64,000 bases of DNA from an uncultured Leptospirales bacterium (GCA_964450405.1 CAYVCQ010000001.1:91858-155857), one strand, 5' to 3'; counted from the stretch's first letter, positions 10,146 to 19,499 are shown. Notes: generated by a model from the letters alone, not told the origin. Program-made: numbers and translations.

Positions 10146-11531
10146 ATGGAATATTCAAGGATACCGGAATCATTAAAAACACGGATTCCTCTCTTAAAAG
10201 ATGAGTGGATGGAACTATACACTAAAATGTCCGAGCATCCCCATGCTCCGCAGTGGAATACCGAGTGCGGCGACAGATTGACCGCTGATGATATGCTCTT
10301 TGTCCGGAACTTTGCCGATGATCTGAAAAATAAAAGAGAACCATTCCGGCAGACTCCGCCTGATTCGATTGCACACTGGACAGAAAATATCAGAAAGACA
10401 ACTCAATGGTTCCGGAATAAAATCAACTCTGACAATATAAAAGAAACATGGCAGAACATCTCACCAATGACTAGACAGGATATGCAGAGCAGCCTTGAAC
10501 TCATTGTACCGGAGGATGCCGACTTAAAACGTCTCGTGGTAAATCCAACTTCCGGAACAACCGGTCATCCGATACCGGCACCGAACCATCCGCGTGCAGT
10601 TGGATGCTATGACCCCCTGATACAGTACGCACTTGAAAGACATGGAGTGAAAGAGATCTATAACAGCGGAAAAGTCGCTGCATTACAGATCTGTTCCCAG
10701 AAGAAAACGATAACCTACCGCACCGTGCACTCATACCTTGACGGGGCAGGATTTGCGAAGGTTAACCTCTCGCCGGAAAACTGGAAGTCCCCCGGAAGTG
10801 CAGAAATTTACATAAACGATATGAGCCCCGTATTTCTATCGGGAGATCCATTCTCTTTTATGGAGTATATGCGACTGGGAATATCATACAAACCGAAAGC
10901 TGTCCTCACAACGGCGCTAGCTCTCTCAAAGACTCTCCGCAAAGAGATGGAGGCATACTTTGACTGCCCGATAGTTGACATCTACTCGCTGAACGAAACA
11001 GGACCGGTTGCCTACAGCTGCCCGGCTGATTTATCGCAGTTTCACATTCTTCCGCACGATCTTTTTGTCGAGATACTCGACTATGAGGGCAAACAGCTTC
11101 CGGAAGGTGACTCGGGAGCGATTGCTGTTACCGGCGGAAGGAATCCATACCTGCCGCTGCTGAGATATCTCACAGGCGACAATGCATCAATCAGTTATAC
11201 AAAATGCAGCTGCGGAGAGATAACTCCGGCGTTACGGGGACTGCAGGGAAGAGAGATGGTTCTATACCGCACTCCATCTGGAAAAACAGTAAACTCAATC
11301 GATATCGCGGGGATTACAAGAGGGTATCCGGTTTACTTTTTTAAATTTACTCAGCGAAAAGATTTCAGATGCAGTTTGAGTTTATCCGCCGGAAGTGACC
11401 TCTCACAAAACAGGGAGAATGAATTGAAAACTAAAATCACCCGGCTCTTCAGCAATGAGATTGAAATTATAATTGACAGAGATCTGAACAATGGAGATGG
11501 AAAAAATGTGCCGTTTGTTTCGGAGTTATAA
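10146..11531 (+). CDS. PaaK / coenzyme F390 synthetase-like adenylate-forming enzyme (phenylacetate-CoA ligase family) with an approximately 130-aa N-terminal extension
   Basis: NPTSGTTGHP (the S/TSGTTG P-loop of the PaaK/CapK family). YLTGD core motif. AGGGAG Shine-Dalgarno. Last gene of the co-directional MoxR cluster. Confidence 0.65.
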   Translation: MEYSRIPESLKTRIPLLKDEWMELYTKMSEHPHAPQWNTECGDRLTADDMLFVRNFADDLKNKREPFRQTPPDSIAHWTENIRKTTQWFRNKINSDNIKETWQNISPMTRQDMQSSLELIVPEDADLKRLVVNPTSGTTGHPIPAPNHPRAVGCYDPLIQYALERHGVKEIYNSGKVAALQICSQKKTITYRTVHSYLDGAGFAKVNLSPENWKSPGSAEIYINDMSPVFLSGDPFSFMEYMRLGISYKPKAVLTTALALSKTLRKEMEAYFDCPIVDIYSLNETGPVAYSCPADLSQFHILPHDLFVEILDYEGKQLPEGDSGAIAVTGGRNPYLPLLRYLTGDNASISYTKCSCGEITPALRGLQGREMVLYRTPSGKTVNSIDIAGITRGYPVYFFKFTQRKDFRCSLSLSAGSDLSQNRENELKTKITRLFSNEIEIIIDRDLNNGDGKNVPFVSEL

Positions 11532-11615
11532 TAATTCTTTACTGCTTGCAGTTAACATTGTATCAAACCATGACTCAGGCAGGAGCTTTCCCAAAAGTCT
11601 GATATTTCCGCACTT

Positions 11616-11718
11616 GTCATTCCGGTTTTGCAGCATCCATTCTTGCAAATACCGGAATCTCCTGATGGAATCAGTGGTATGAGATTCCGGCATTCCGTTT
11701 CACTACAGCCGGAATGAC
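11616..11718. repeat. Family-A palindromic intergenic element (MITE-like), copy 1 of 3
   Basis: GTCATTCCGGTTTTGCAG...CTTGCAAATACCGGAATCTCCTG...GATTCCGGCATTCCGTTTCACT.CAGCCGGAATGAC. 10-bp terminal inverted repeats GTCATTCCGG/CCGGAATGAC and two internal TTCCGG..CCGGAA hairpins. Closely similar copies at 35523..35629 and 40193..40295. Confidence 0.8.
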
Positions 11719-11790
11719 AGCGAGCGGACTTTTGTGGCAACCGATGTTTGATAAACAGTTTTTAAAATACTAGCAAACACAGGAGCATCA

Positions 11791-12459
11791 ATGAACTTTT
11801 TCAATATAAATTTTATTCTTTTTACACTTGCCGGATACCCGGTTAGCGCCGTTGAATTGATTGGTACAATTTCCGGATTTCTCTGCGTTATATACTGCGC
11901 CAGGGGTGCAATCATTTCATGGCCTCTGGGAATTGTGAATGCTGTTTTTTTCTTTATACTCTTCTACCAGACGCGCCTCTACCCCGACATGTTTCTTCAG
12001 ATTTATTTTTTTATCACATCTATCTTCGGCTGGTGGAGATGGGCGAATCCTAAAACTGTTTTTGAAGCTGACAGCCGTAATGAGCTTAAAGTTTCAAACC
12101 TGAGTCCCGCCGCCTTTACGGCACTATGTGCAGCTACGATTGCAGTATCAGCATTATCCGGATATTTTATATCGGGGATACATCAGGCACTCCCTGTTAT
12201 CTTTCCGGAACCTTCATCGTTCCCATATGCCAACAGTTTTGTCGCGGTTCTGAGCATCACAGCACAGATACTACTCTCGCTGAAAAAAAGAGAGAACTGG
12301 ATACTATGGATTATTACAGACATTACAGCATCGGTAATCTATTTCAAAAAAGGGATATATCTTGTGGGGATTGAGTACGTCATCTTTGGAATTATCGCCT
12401 CAGCCGGATTTTGGAACTGGAGGAGAATCTTCAGCAGTTATAAACTGGAGGAGGCTTAA
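11791..12459 (+). CDS. pnuC: Nicotinamide riboside transporter PnuC
   Basis: 222-aa multi-pass membrane protein with PnuC-like W-rich motifs (FGWWRWANP, WILWIITD). Immediately followed by nadR. Confidence 0.7.
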   Translation: MNFFNINFILFTLAGYPVSAVELIGTISGFLCVIYCARGAIISWPLGIVNAVFFFILFYQTRLYPDMFLQIYFFITSIFGWWRWANPKTVFEADSRNELKVSNLSPAAFTALCAATIAVSALSGYFISGIHQALPVIFPEPSSFPYANSFVAVLSITAQILLSLKKRENWILWIITDITASVIYFKKGIYLVGIEYVIFGIIASAGFWNWRRIFSSYKLEEA

Positions 12460-12460
12460 A

Positions 12461-13450
12461 ATGAAACAGGGACTTGTAATAGGAAAATTTCTCCCGCTGC
12501 ACAGGGGACATGAAGCTCTTATAAGATTTGCCGCAACACAGTGTGATGAACTTATAGTTCTTCTTGGAGTAAAGAAAGAAGAACCGGTCTCCGGTCACCT
12601 GAGACTTAAATGGCTATGGGAAACTTTCAGAGATGAGCCATCGATTCATATAGAATACACCGATGATGAACTTCCCGACTCTCCGGTTTCATCAAGGGAT
12701 GTGTCGAAGGTCTGGGCCGATTATCTTGCCGACAGGTTTCCGGCGGTACGCCTTATTGTAAGCTCGGAGGAGTACGGTGAATTTTTAGCTGAGTATATGA
12801 GTATTGAGCATAGATACTTTGATGCAGAGAGAAAAGAGTTTCCCGTTTCGGGTACCGTTATACGCGAGTCACCTCACCGTTACTGGGAGTTTATTGCTGA
12901 ATCTGCGAGGGAACATTATGTAAAAAAAATATGCATCTTCGGCCCTGAGAGTACCGGAAAGAGTATACTCACGCAAAGACTTGCAGAGTATTACAACACG
13001 GTCTATGTGCCGGAAGTGGCGAGAGACATGATTGATAAAGCCGGCGGAGATGTTACAATTGATCTTATTGAAAAGATCGGTCCGGCGCACGGCAATGCAA
13101 TACTGCAGAAACTCCCGGCGGCAAACCGTTTTCTTTTTGTAGACACCGACATTGAAATAACTCGGCTTTTTTCTAATCATTATTTTCAGGCTACACCGGA
13201 GTTCCCGCTCTGGATAGAATCGGCGAACAAATTTGATCTCTATATATTTCCCGATACAGATGCTCCCTATGTCGAAGATCCTCAACGGGATTCCGAACAT
13301 ATGCGGGAAATTTTCAGAGAGAGACTACTCTCAGTTCTGGATAAAAAAAATGCAGAGTATGTTATCGTTGATGGGAACTGGGACGAAAGATTCCGTAAAG
13401 CGATCATGGCCATCGAGGAGAGATGGCCGGTGAAGCGGGATTCTAATTAA
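12461..13450 (+). CDS. nadR: NadR-type nicotinamide-nucleotide adenylyltransferase / ribosylnicotinamide kinase
   Basis: MKQGLVIGKFLPLHRGHEALI (the (H/T)xGH nucleotidyltransferase motif) plus a C-terminal P-loop kinase ICIFGPESTGKSIL. GGAGG Shine-Dalgarno before ATG 12461. The track start at 12362 is an upstream in-frame extension overlapping pnuC. Confidence 0.8.
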   Translation: MKQGLVIGKFLPLHRGHEALIRFAATQCDELIVLLGVKKEEPVSGHLRLKWLWETFRDEPSIHIEYTDDELPDSPVSSRDVSKVWADYLADRFPAVRLIVSSEEYGEFLAEYMSIEHRYFDAERKEFPVSGTVIRESPHRYWEFIAESAREHYVKKICIFGPESTGKSILTQRLAEYYNTVYVPEVARDMIDKAGGDVTIDLIEKIGPAHGNAILQKLPAANRFLFVDTDIEITRLFSNHYFQATPEFPLWIESANKFDLYIFPDTDAPYVEDPQRDSEHMREIFRERLLSVLDKKNAEYVIVDGNWDERFRKAIMAIEERWPVKRDSN

Positions 13451-13482
13451 ATAAAACGTTTACTAATTATCAATTATTCTAT

Positions 13483-14121
13483 TTAAAAAGAACGTACAGC
13501 CCGTACCGAATTATTAGATGTCTTAATACCGTTCGTCTGATTACCAATCCCAAAGCCCTGATCCCACGCATTATTTGGATTGGCAATGTCCTCAGATGAA
13601 CTCCAATAGTAGCCGGTAGTAAACCCTCCAATACCGTTAGCACCGAGGTTAACCCATATCTCATTGAGTTCATCTTTTGATGGAAGGAACCAGTCGCTCT
13701 TATTCCCTCCATGATAATCTCTGCATATTTTCGCGGCACTTGCCCCGCCGCTATTCTGGAATATTATTGCATCTGTGTTTGAAGATCCCATGCCAATCCC
13801 GGCTGGCAAAGCACTCACTCCGTTTGCAAATGCGCTGATATTCGTACTAAATGTTTGTGACACTGACAGATCCAATGTGGCCACTTCCAGTCCATGCAGC
13901 CCCCCACTCGTAACATAAAACACAATCCCGCCGCCGGGACCAGTATCTCCTATTTCCAATTTGTTCTGTGCAACCGAATACATATCCTCCCGTTCACAGG
14001 AGAAAAGTAAAAACAACGATGCAAATATCATCAGCGGGATTAATCTGCTGAAATAAATTTTTGATCTTCGGGGAGTTTTTGAAGATAAAGTTAAAAATAT
14101 ATTAAATTCTGAACTTTTCAT
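13483..14121 (-). CDS. DUF1566-like (Lcl C-terminal domain type) lipoprotein, paralogue 1
   Basis: Signal peptide with lipobox RLIPLMIFASLFLLFSC. Motifs GDTGPGGGIVFYV, SDWFLPSKDELNEIW and YWSSSE. ATG at 14121 aligns with the GTG start of paralogue 2. The track ORF extends to 14145. Confidence 0.55.
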   Translation of the reverse strand: MKSSEFNIFLTLSSKTPRRSKIYFSRLIPLMIFASLFLLFSCEREDMYSVAQNKLEIGDTGPGGGIVFYVTSGGLHGLEVATLDLSVSQTFSTNISAFANGVSALPAGIGMGSSNTDAIIFQNSGGASAAKICRDYHGGNKSDWFLPSKDELNEIWVNLGANGIGGFTTGYYWSSSEDIANPNNAWDQGFGIGNQTNGIKTSNNSVRAVRSF

Positions 14122-14235
14122 GAAATTACCGTCCATACTTAACACTTATCATATTAGAATAACAAAAATCATTTTTTTTGTCAATATTGATTTTGTTAAT
14201 TTATGGCATAAAGAGATTCCAAACATTTGTGTTAA

Positions 14236-14375
14236 GCTTTCAGAGAGAGGCTTCTTTTAGTACTGGATAAAAAAAATGCGGAGTATGTTATCGTTGATGG
14301 AGAGTGGGACGAAAGATTCAGTATATCGATAACGGCCATCGAGGTGAGATGGCCCGTGAAACACAATTAGCAGCT
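14236..14375 (+). pseudogene. Diverged duplicate of the nadR 3' end (corresponds to nadR 13312..13450), a relic of a tandem duplication
   Basis: ttcagagagag..tactggataaaaaaaatgcggagtatgttatcgttgatggagagtgggacgaaagattc..ggccatcgaggtgagatggcccgtgaa aligns with the nadR tail. It translates to LDKKNAEYVIVDGEWDERF.., versus LDKKNAEYVIVDGNWDERFRKAIMAIEERWPVKRDSN in nadR. Confidence 0.75.
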
Positions 14376-14403
14376 TTAATTAACGAATAATATTATATAA
14401 AAA

Positions 14404-15048
14404 TTAAAATTTTCGGATTGCTCGAACATTATCTGTTGCAACCTTGCCTGAAGAAGTAAGTGAACCATTAGTAAAATCTATATCGTAAGCCATAACTCCG
14501 CTCTCTGTGGAACTCCAGTATCTATAATTGCTAAAATTTCCAACACCATTATTAACATTCGATCCATTATTAACGAGATTATCCCATATAGCAGTTAATT
14601 CATTTTGTGAAGGAAGAAACCAGTCGCTCTTCTCCCCATATACTAATTGATCGCACAAAAATCCAGCACGATCTGTTTTGCTAGTAACATCCCCGGTAGC
14701 ATCATTTAAATTGCTGTTCAACCAGGCCACAATAATTGCAGTATTTGAACTCCCTGAGCCTATCCCGGAATTTGATGTGCCTATTGTTAATGATGACGAA
14801 CCCCACTGTTTACCTGCCCATTCTGTTGATACCGGCGCAACCTCCAGTCCATGAGCCCCTCCATCCGTAACATAAAAAACAATCCCGCCGCCGGGACCGG
14901 TGTCGCCTATAGCCAGCTTATGTTGTGTGAAGGAATACATATCCTCTCGCTCACAGGAGAAAAGTAAAAATAACGATGCAAATATCATCCGCGGGATCAA
15001 GCGGGTGAGATAAGAAGATTTAGATATAATTAATTCTGAACTATTCAC
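14404..15048 (-). CDS. DUF1566-like lipoprotein, paralogue 2 (tandem duplicate of 13483..14121)
   Basis: Same lipobox RLIPRMIFASLFLLFSCEREDMYS and the same motifs GDTGPGGGIVFYVT, SDWFLPSQNELTAIW and YWSSTE. The 5' 120 nt are about 85% identical to paralogue 1 at DNA level. Probable GTG start at 15048; the track ORF runs to a TTG at 15096. Confidence 0.55.
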   Translation of the reverse strand: MNSSELIISKSSYLTRLIPRMIFASLFLLFSCEREDMYSFTQHKLAIGDTGPGGGIVFYVTDGGAHGLEVAPVSTEWAGKQWGSSSLTIGTSNSGIGSGSSNTAIIVAWLNSNLNDATGDVTSKTDRAGFLCDQLVYGEKSDWFLPSQNELTAIWDNLVNNGSNVNNGVGNFSNYRYWSSTESGVMAYDIDFTNGSLTSSGKVATDNVRAIRKF

Positions 15049-15157
15049 AAATTGCCTTCCAGCTTTTTTTCTTAACAGAAAACAGAGATTACCCAATCAA
15101 TAATAGTGTCAACATGAAATTGTCGTTAATTAAAGCAATTTACAAAATGTTTAGAGC

Positions 15158-15266
15158 CTGTCATTTCGAACCCTTCAATTATACGGGTGAGAAATCTTAT
15201 TAAACTCCAATGAATTAACTGTGCAATAAAGATTTCTCAGTCGCTATCACTTCTTCGAAATGACAG
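15158..15266. repeat. Family-D palindromic element, copy 1 of 2
   Basis: CTGTCATTTCGAACCC..GGGTGAGAAATC...GATTTCTCAGTCGC...CTTCGAAATGACAG. Terminal inverted repeats plus an internal GAGAAATC/GATTTCTC inverted repeat. Second copy at 31989..32129. Confidence 0.75.
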
Positions 15267-15358
15267 TAAGAGTGATAATTCAATAGAAAAATGTTATGGT
15301 CAAAGGAATTTAACCGGGAACTGAAGAAGGTTTTAAATTCACTTATTTCACTCAGAAT

Positions 15359-16519
15359 CTAAGCAAACGATCCGAGATAAGCCTTGAAATCCTCAATATG
15401 ATTTTCATCAATCTTTTCTATTTCAAAACCGGTACGGATAATACCGTTTCCGCCGGGAGAGTTGTGCTTAATCCGCGCAAGAAGATGAACTTTCTTGTTA
15501 TCGGGAATAACCAGATCATAACAGAACTGACTCCCTATTTTAAAATGCCGCGAGTTTTTTTTCTCATGCTGAAGAACCGAAAGACCGGCAGATGAAACTT
15601 CATGTACAATAATCTTATCCGGTACTACGGGAAAAATGTCGAGCTTGTGCAGATACTGCTCAATCGATTTAACATACTTCTCTGCAAGCTTTAAGTCCGA
15701 GTCATTTAAATTTGAATCTTTGGCCACCTTGAGATAACCGTAGGGAATTTTATCTCTATAATATAAGGGGAGTACTGCTTCTGAAAAAGAAAGCTTCCGC
15801 ATTTTAACCGGTTTTTCTACAAGAAAAATATTCTTCATATAGAAATCGTAACCCTCTTTGTCATCAGGATTTGGATCATCGATCTTTCTGATAATAATGC
15901 CCTTTCCGCGTTTTGAGATATACTGCATTCGTATATCATGCTGCCCTTCATTTTTTGTCATAAATCTGACAGTAGAAAAAGTTTTCAGAAGTTCAGTTTC
16001 CGCACGGTTAAAAATAGCACTGAGTTTATTACTTTCAGACAGGATAGAATTTCCGACGATTGTATCAGTTATAAAATCTGTTATATAAACTACTTTTTTG
16101 TGATCTTTATCATGAGATATCCGATGCCGGCTGGAACCTCTTGCAGATACAATTAAATTGCATTTTGTAATATCAAAAATTGTGTTATCGAAATTTGCTT
16201 TCCCGGCTTTTTTGAGATAAAGATGTATTGTTTTATTTTCCAGGGAAGAGTGAACGATTACCGGATCAGGCAGATCTGTTTCAAAGGGGATATCTATGAC
16301 AACTTTACCATTAATGCAGTCGGAGCATTTAACCTTTATGTTTTGTCCGGAATATCTTATATGAGCAGGTCTATTCTTAAGAAATATGTTGTATATCTCT
16401 TCGATCTGGTCCCGGGAAGTAATAGTCTGAGAATCATTAAATGTATTTTTCATTGCCTTTTCCGTCTGATTTATGTAACTGCTCAAAAACCGAGAGTATT
16501 TTGTTTTCCGCCATGACAT
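15359..16519 (-). CDS. Hypothetical protein, possibly with tandem PilZ-like (c-di-GMP-binding) domains
   Basis: 386 aa. RGSSRHRI resembles an RxxxR motif and KHNSPGGNGII resembles a D/NxSxGG motif. The assignment is weak. Confidence 0.35.
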   Translation of the reverse strand: MSWRKTKYSRFLSSYINQTEKAMKNTFNDSQTITSRDQIEEIYNIFLKNRPAHIRYSGQNIKVKCSDCINGKVVIDIPFETDLPDPVIVHSSLENKTIHLYLKKAGKANFDNTIFDITKCNLIVSARGSSRHRISHDKDHKKVVYITDFITDTIVGNSILSESNKLSAIFNRAETELLKTFSTVRFMTKNEGQHDIRMQYISKRGKGIIIRKIDDPNPDDKEGYDFYMKNIFLVEKPVKMRKLSFSEAVLPLYYRDKIPYGYLKVAKDSNLNDSDLKLAEKYVKSIEQYLHKLDIFPVVPDKIIVHEVSSAGLSVLQHEKKNSRHFKIGSQFCYDLVIPDNKKVHLLARIKHNSPGGNGIIRTGFEIEKIDENHIEDFKAYLGSFA

Positions 16520-16863
16520 GGGAACTGCATTTCACCATCGGGTTTTGAGCGATTACAGAATTATATTAGAGTTTTTTATGATTAAAATAAAATCAATCTT
16601 TAAATAAGCCCAAACGGATGAATTTTCAAAAAAAAATACAAAAAATCGGCAATTATTTAAAAAAACAATAAAAATTAGCGCTGATTTTTTAATAACTGTT
16701 AAACTAACTTAAAAACTTTACTTTTCCTGTCACTGTGGTTCAAACCTCTAAAAAATGCAGTTTTTTTACTTTGTAACTGTTTTTATATTTTTCTAATTAA
16801 ATAGATTCCTGATTTGACTTATTTTCTACATCAGCAAAAGTTGTATAAACGAGGTTGTTTCAG

Positions 16864-18003
16864 ATGAACAAATTTAACAAAATTCTTACTTTATTTTTTT
16901 TACTGATTTTAGCTCTATCGGCTCCGCTGGCTGCTGTAGAAAAAAATATCTACGTTGAACAGAGGACATTTGCCCGCGCACTGGTGGAGAAAATTGAGCA
17001 TGTACCGGGTGATGAAAACAATCCCTACGATGTAATGGTGAGGATTCACCTGAAGATACTCGATGGAATAAAAAAGGGAGAAAGAAGTGTTGTCGAATTC
17101 AAGGGTGACGATAACATGCCCAAAGGAATGTTCTATCAGGAGAATGATACAGTCTTTGTCGGAATTGCTAAATATGAAAAATCGAAAGAGATTGATTATA
17201 TCGCAATTTATGATGTCGAGAATACTAAAGGTATAGTAATACTCGGGGTGCTTCTCCTTATCTCGGTAATTGCAGTGGGGAGGCTACGCGGAGTGCTCTC
17301 AATGGCCTCTCTGGTCTCAACAATTTTTCTGCTTTTTTATCTTCTTGTTCCGCTTACACTGAAGGGTAAATCTCCTATACCAATGGCAGTTGCCATATCC
17401 CTTTTTGCAATAATTATAACTATACCGATAATTCTCGGTTTCCAGAAAAAAACCGTTGCGGCAATAATAGGTGCCGGAAGCGGTGTTGTAATCGCCACAC
17501 TTCTTGCCCTCGGCTCCGGATGGATTTTAAGATTAACCGGTATTGTCACAAATGAAATGATGACGGTATTTTATGCATCAAATATAGATATAGATCTTAA
17601 AGGACTCGCCCTCTCGGGAATTATCATTTCGGCACTTGGAGCTATTATGGATGTCTGCATCTCTATAGCATCGGCGACAGAGGAGATATTCCGTGTTCAT
17701 CCCGAAATCTCATTCGGCGAAGCATTCAAGTCTGTAGTAACTGTAAGTTCCGATATGCTGGGAGCGACGATGAATACACTTCTTTTTGCATATGTCGGGA
17801 CATCTCTCCCCCTTGTTCTTCTTATTGCATTAAAACTTGAACCGGGAATCCCCTTCTCTATGGTGCTGAATTACAACCCGGTACTGAGTGAACTTGTACA
17901 ATCTGCCATCGGATGTATTGGAATGTTTTTAAGTATGCCCGCGACGGCTTTAATATGCATCGAACTTCACATGAGATCCAGAAAGAAGGGTAAAACGGTT
18001 TAA
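16864..18003 (+). CDS. YibE/F-family membrane protein
   Basis: Signal/TM N-terminus, a soluble domain, then about 7 TM helices typical of YibE/F. ATG 16864 has a GAGG Shine-Dalgarno; the track ORF starts at an upstream TTG at 16855. Confidence 0.55.
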   Translation: MNKFNKILTLFFLLILALSAPLAAVEKNIYVEQRTFARALVEKIEHVPGDENNPYDVMVRIHLKILDGIKKGERSVVEFKGDDNMPKGMFYQENDTVFVGIAKYEKSKEIDYIAIYDVENTKGIVILGVLLLISVIAVGRLRGVLSMASLVSTIFLLFYLLVPLTLKGKSPIPMAVAISLFAIIITIPIILGFQKKTVAAIIGAGSGVVIATLLALGSGWILRLTGIVTNEMMTVFYASNIDIDLKGLALSGIIISALGAIMDVCISIASATEEIFRVHPEISFGEAFKSVVTVSSDMLGATMNTLLFAYVGTSLPLVLLIALKLEPGIPFSMVLNYNPVLSELVQSAIGCIGMFLSMPATALICIELHMRSRKKGKTV

Positions 18004-18173
18004 AACTATTTTTTTTGCTGGACTTATAAAAAATTTTATTTTATTCTTCCGGCAGACGTATGTAGTATTGAACGCCTGTGCATGACTGTTTAAAATTAAT
18101 TTTAAACCATGTTTTTTAAAAAGGGTATCTAAACCATCGAAACTCATCGGGACTCTATCAACCGGAGGAAATT

Positions 18174-19499
18174 ATGTTTTCAGAAATCGCATATACTCTC
18201 TTTATACTCGCTTCGGCATTTTCAGTAATCTATTTGACATATAGATATAAGCTTAATCCTTTTTACATTCTGATCCCTGGATCATTTATCTTCGGAATGA
18301 TAAGCGGCGTATCTCCGGCAAACACAATCACTGCAGTGCGTAACGGTTTTGGTGCAACTATTGGTTACTACGGCATACTCATCATTGCCGGAACAGCTAT
18401 TGCCGTGGTGATGGAAAAAACCGGAGCAATAATAACAATCACGAATGAAATTCTAAAAATTGCCGGGAAAAAAGAAGCTCCTGCTGCGTTAACAATCGCA
18501 GGAAGCGCACTTACTGTTTCGTGCTCATCTGAATCGGGATTTATTCTTTTTGCACCAATCGGCAGATTTCTGGAGAGAGACAGCGGAAAACGGGCCGGAT
18601 CGGTTACCATTGCACTTGCGGCAGGAATATACATTGTTCACTCACTGATTCCGCTCTCTGCAGGGCCTCTTGCTGCAGCAGGCATACTTGGAGCGGGGAT
18701 CTGGAAACTTCTTCTTATCGGATTTGTATCATCCGCTGCAGGGATTGCTGCATCATATTTCTGGTGTAAAAAATTTGTATCAGGCAAGGGTGACATCACC
18801 AGTCAATTGCCAGACAAAAGACATATCATGGAGAAAGACCTTCCGACTCTTTCTATCTCAGTTCTTCCACTTGCAGCACCTTTATTTTTTATGACACTAA
18901 AATCATTTTCCTCCGCTGCGTCAAAACCATTCGGTTCAGGAAGAATAGCTGCTTTTTTTGAATTCTTTGGAGATCCATCTATCGCAATACTTACAGGTTT
19001 GTTTCTTTCACTTCTGCTTCTGAAAAGAAAAGATTTCGGTAAAACTTTCAGTGAGTGGGCAACGGAGAGTATCGACCGGTCAGCACGACTGCTGATCATT
19101 GCCGGTGCAGGTGGTGCGTTCGGCGCAGTTCTTAAGGCAACATCTATGACAAAGATGATATCGGAGCATTTTGTTTTTACCGGGGCGGGACTGCTGCTTC
19201 CGTTTCTTATAGCTGCGGCGATAAAAACAATAAATGGTTCATCCACTATTGCGATAATCACAGCGTCATCAATATCAGCAACATTTGCAGCAGCAGCCGG
19301 ACTTAATCCTGCATTTACCGCTGCCGCTGTTACTGCAGGTTCCATGGTGGTATCTCACGCCAATGATCCCTATTTCTGGATAGTTTCTCATTACAGCGGT
19401 GTGAGCACCAGGGAGTCATATAAGTATTTTACAACAGCGACTTTCATTGCAGGAGTAGCTTCATTTGCAGTAATCTGGATAATGTCGTTGATTTTTTAA
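18174..19499 (+). CDS. GntP-family (gluconate:H+ symporter-like) permease
   Basis: 441-aa polytopic membrane protein. SHANDPYFW matches the GntP (A/H)xND(S/P)xFW signature. Confidence 0.65.
   Translation: MFSEIAYTLFILASAFSVIYLTYRYKLNPFYILIPGSFIFGMISGVSPANTITAVRNGFGATIGYYGILIIAGTAIAVVMEKTGAIITITNEILKIAGKKEAPAALTIAGSALTVSCSSESGFILFAPIGRFLERDSGKRAGSVTIALAAGIYIVHSLIPLSAGPLAAAGILGAGIWKLLLIGFVSSAAGIAASYFWCKKFVSGKGDITSQLPDKRHIMEKDLPTLSISVLPLAAPLFFMTLKSFSSAASKPFGSGRIAAFFEFFGDPSIAILTGLFLSLLLLKRKDFGKTFSEWATESIDRSARLLIIAGAGGAFGAVLKATSMTKMISEHFVFTGAGLLLPFLIAAAIKTINGSSTIAIITASSISATFAAAAGLNPAFTAAAVTAGSMVVSHANDPYFWIVSHYSGVSTRESYKYFTTATFIAGVASFAVIWIMSLIF

Noticed and set aside
18803-19345. 180-aa ORF antisense to the GntP permease gene
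   Set aside because: Overlaps a strongly supported membrane-transporter gene and has no motif of its own.
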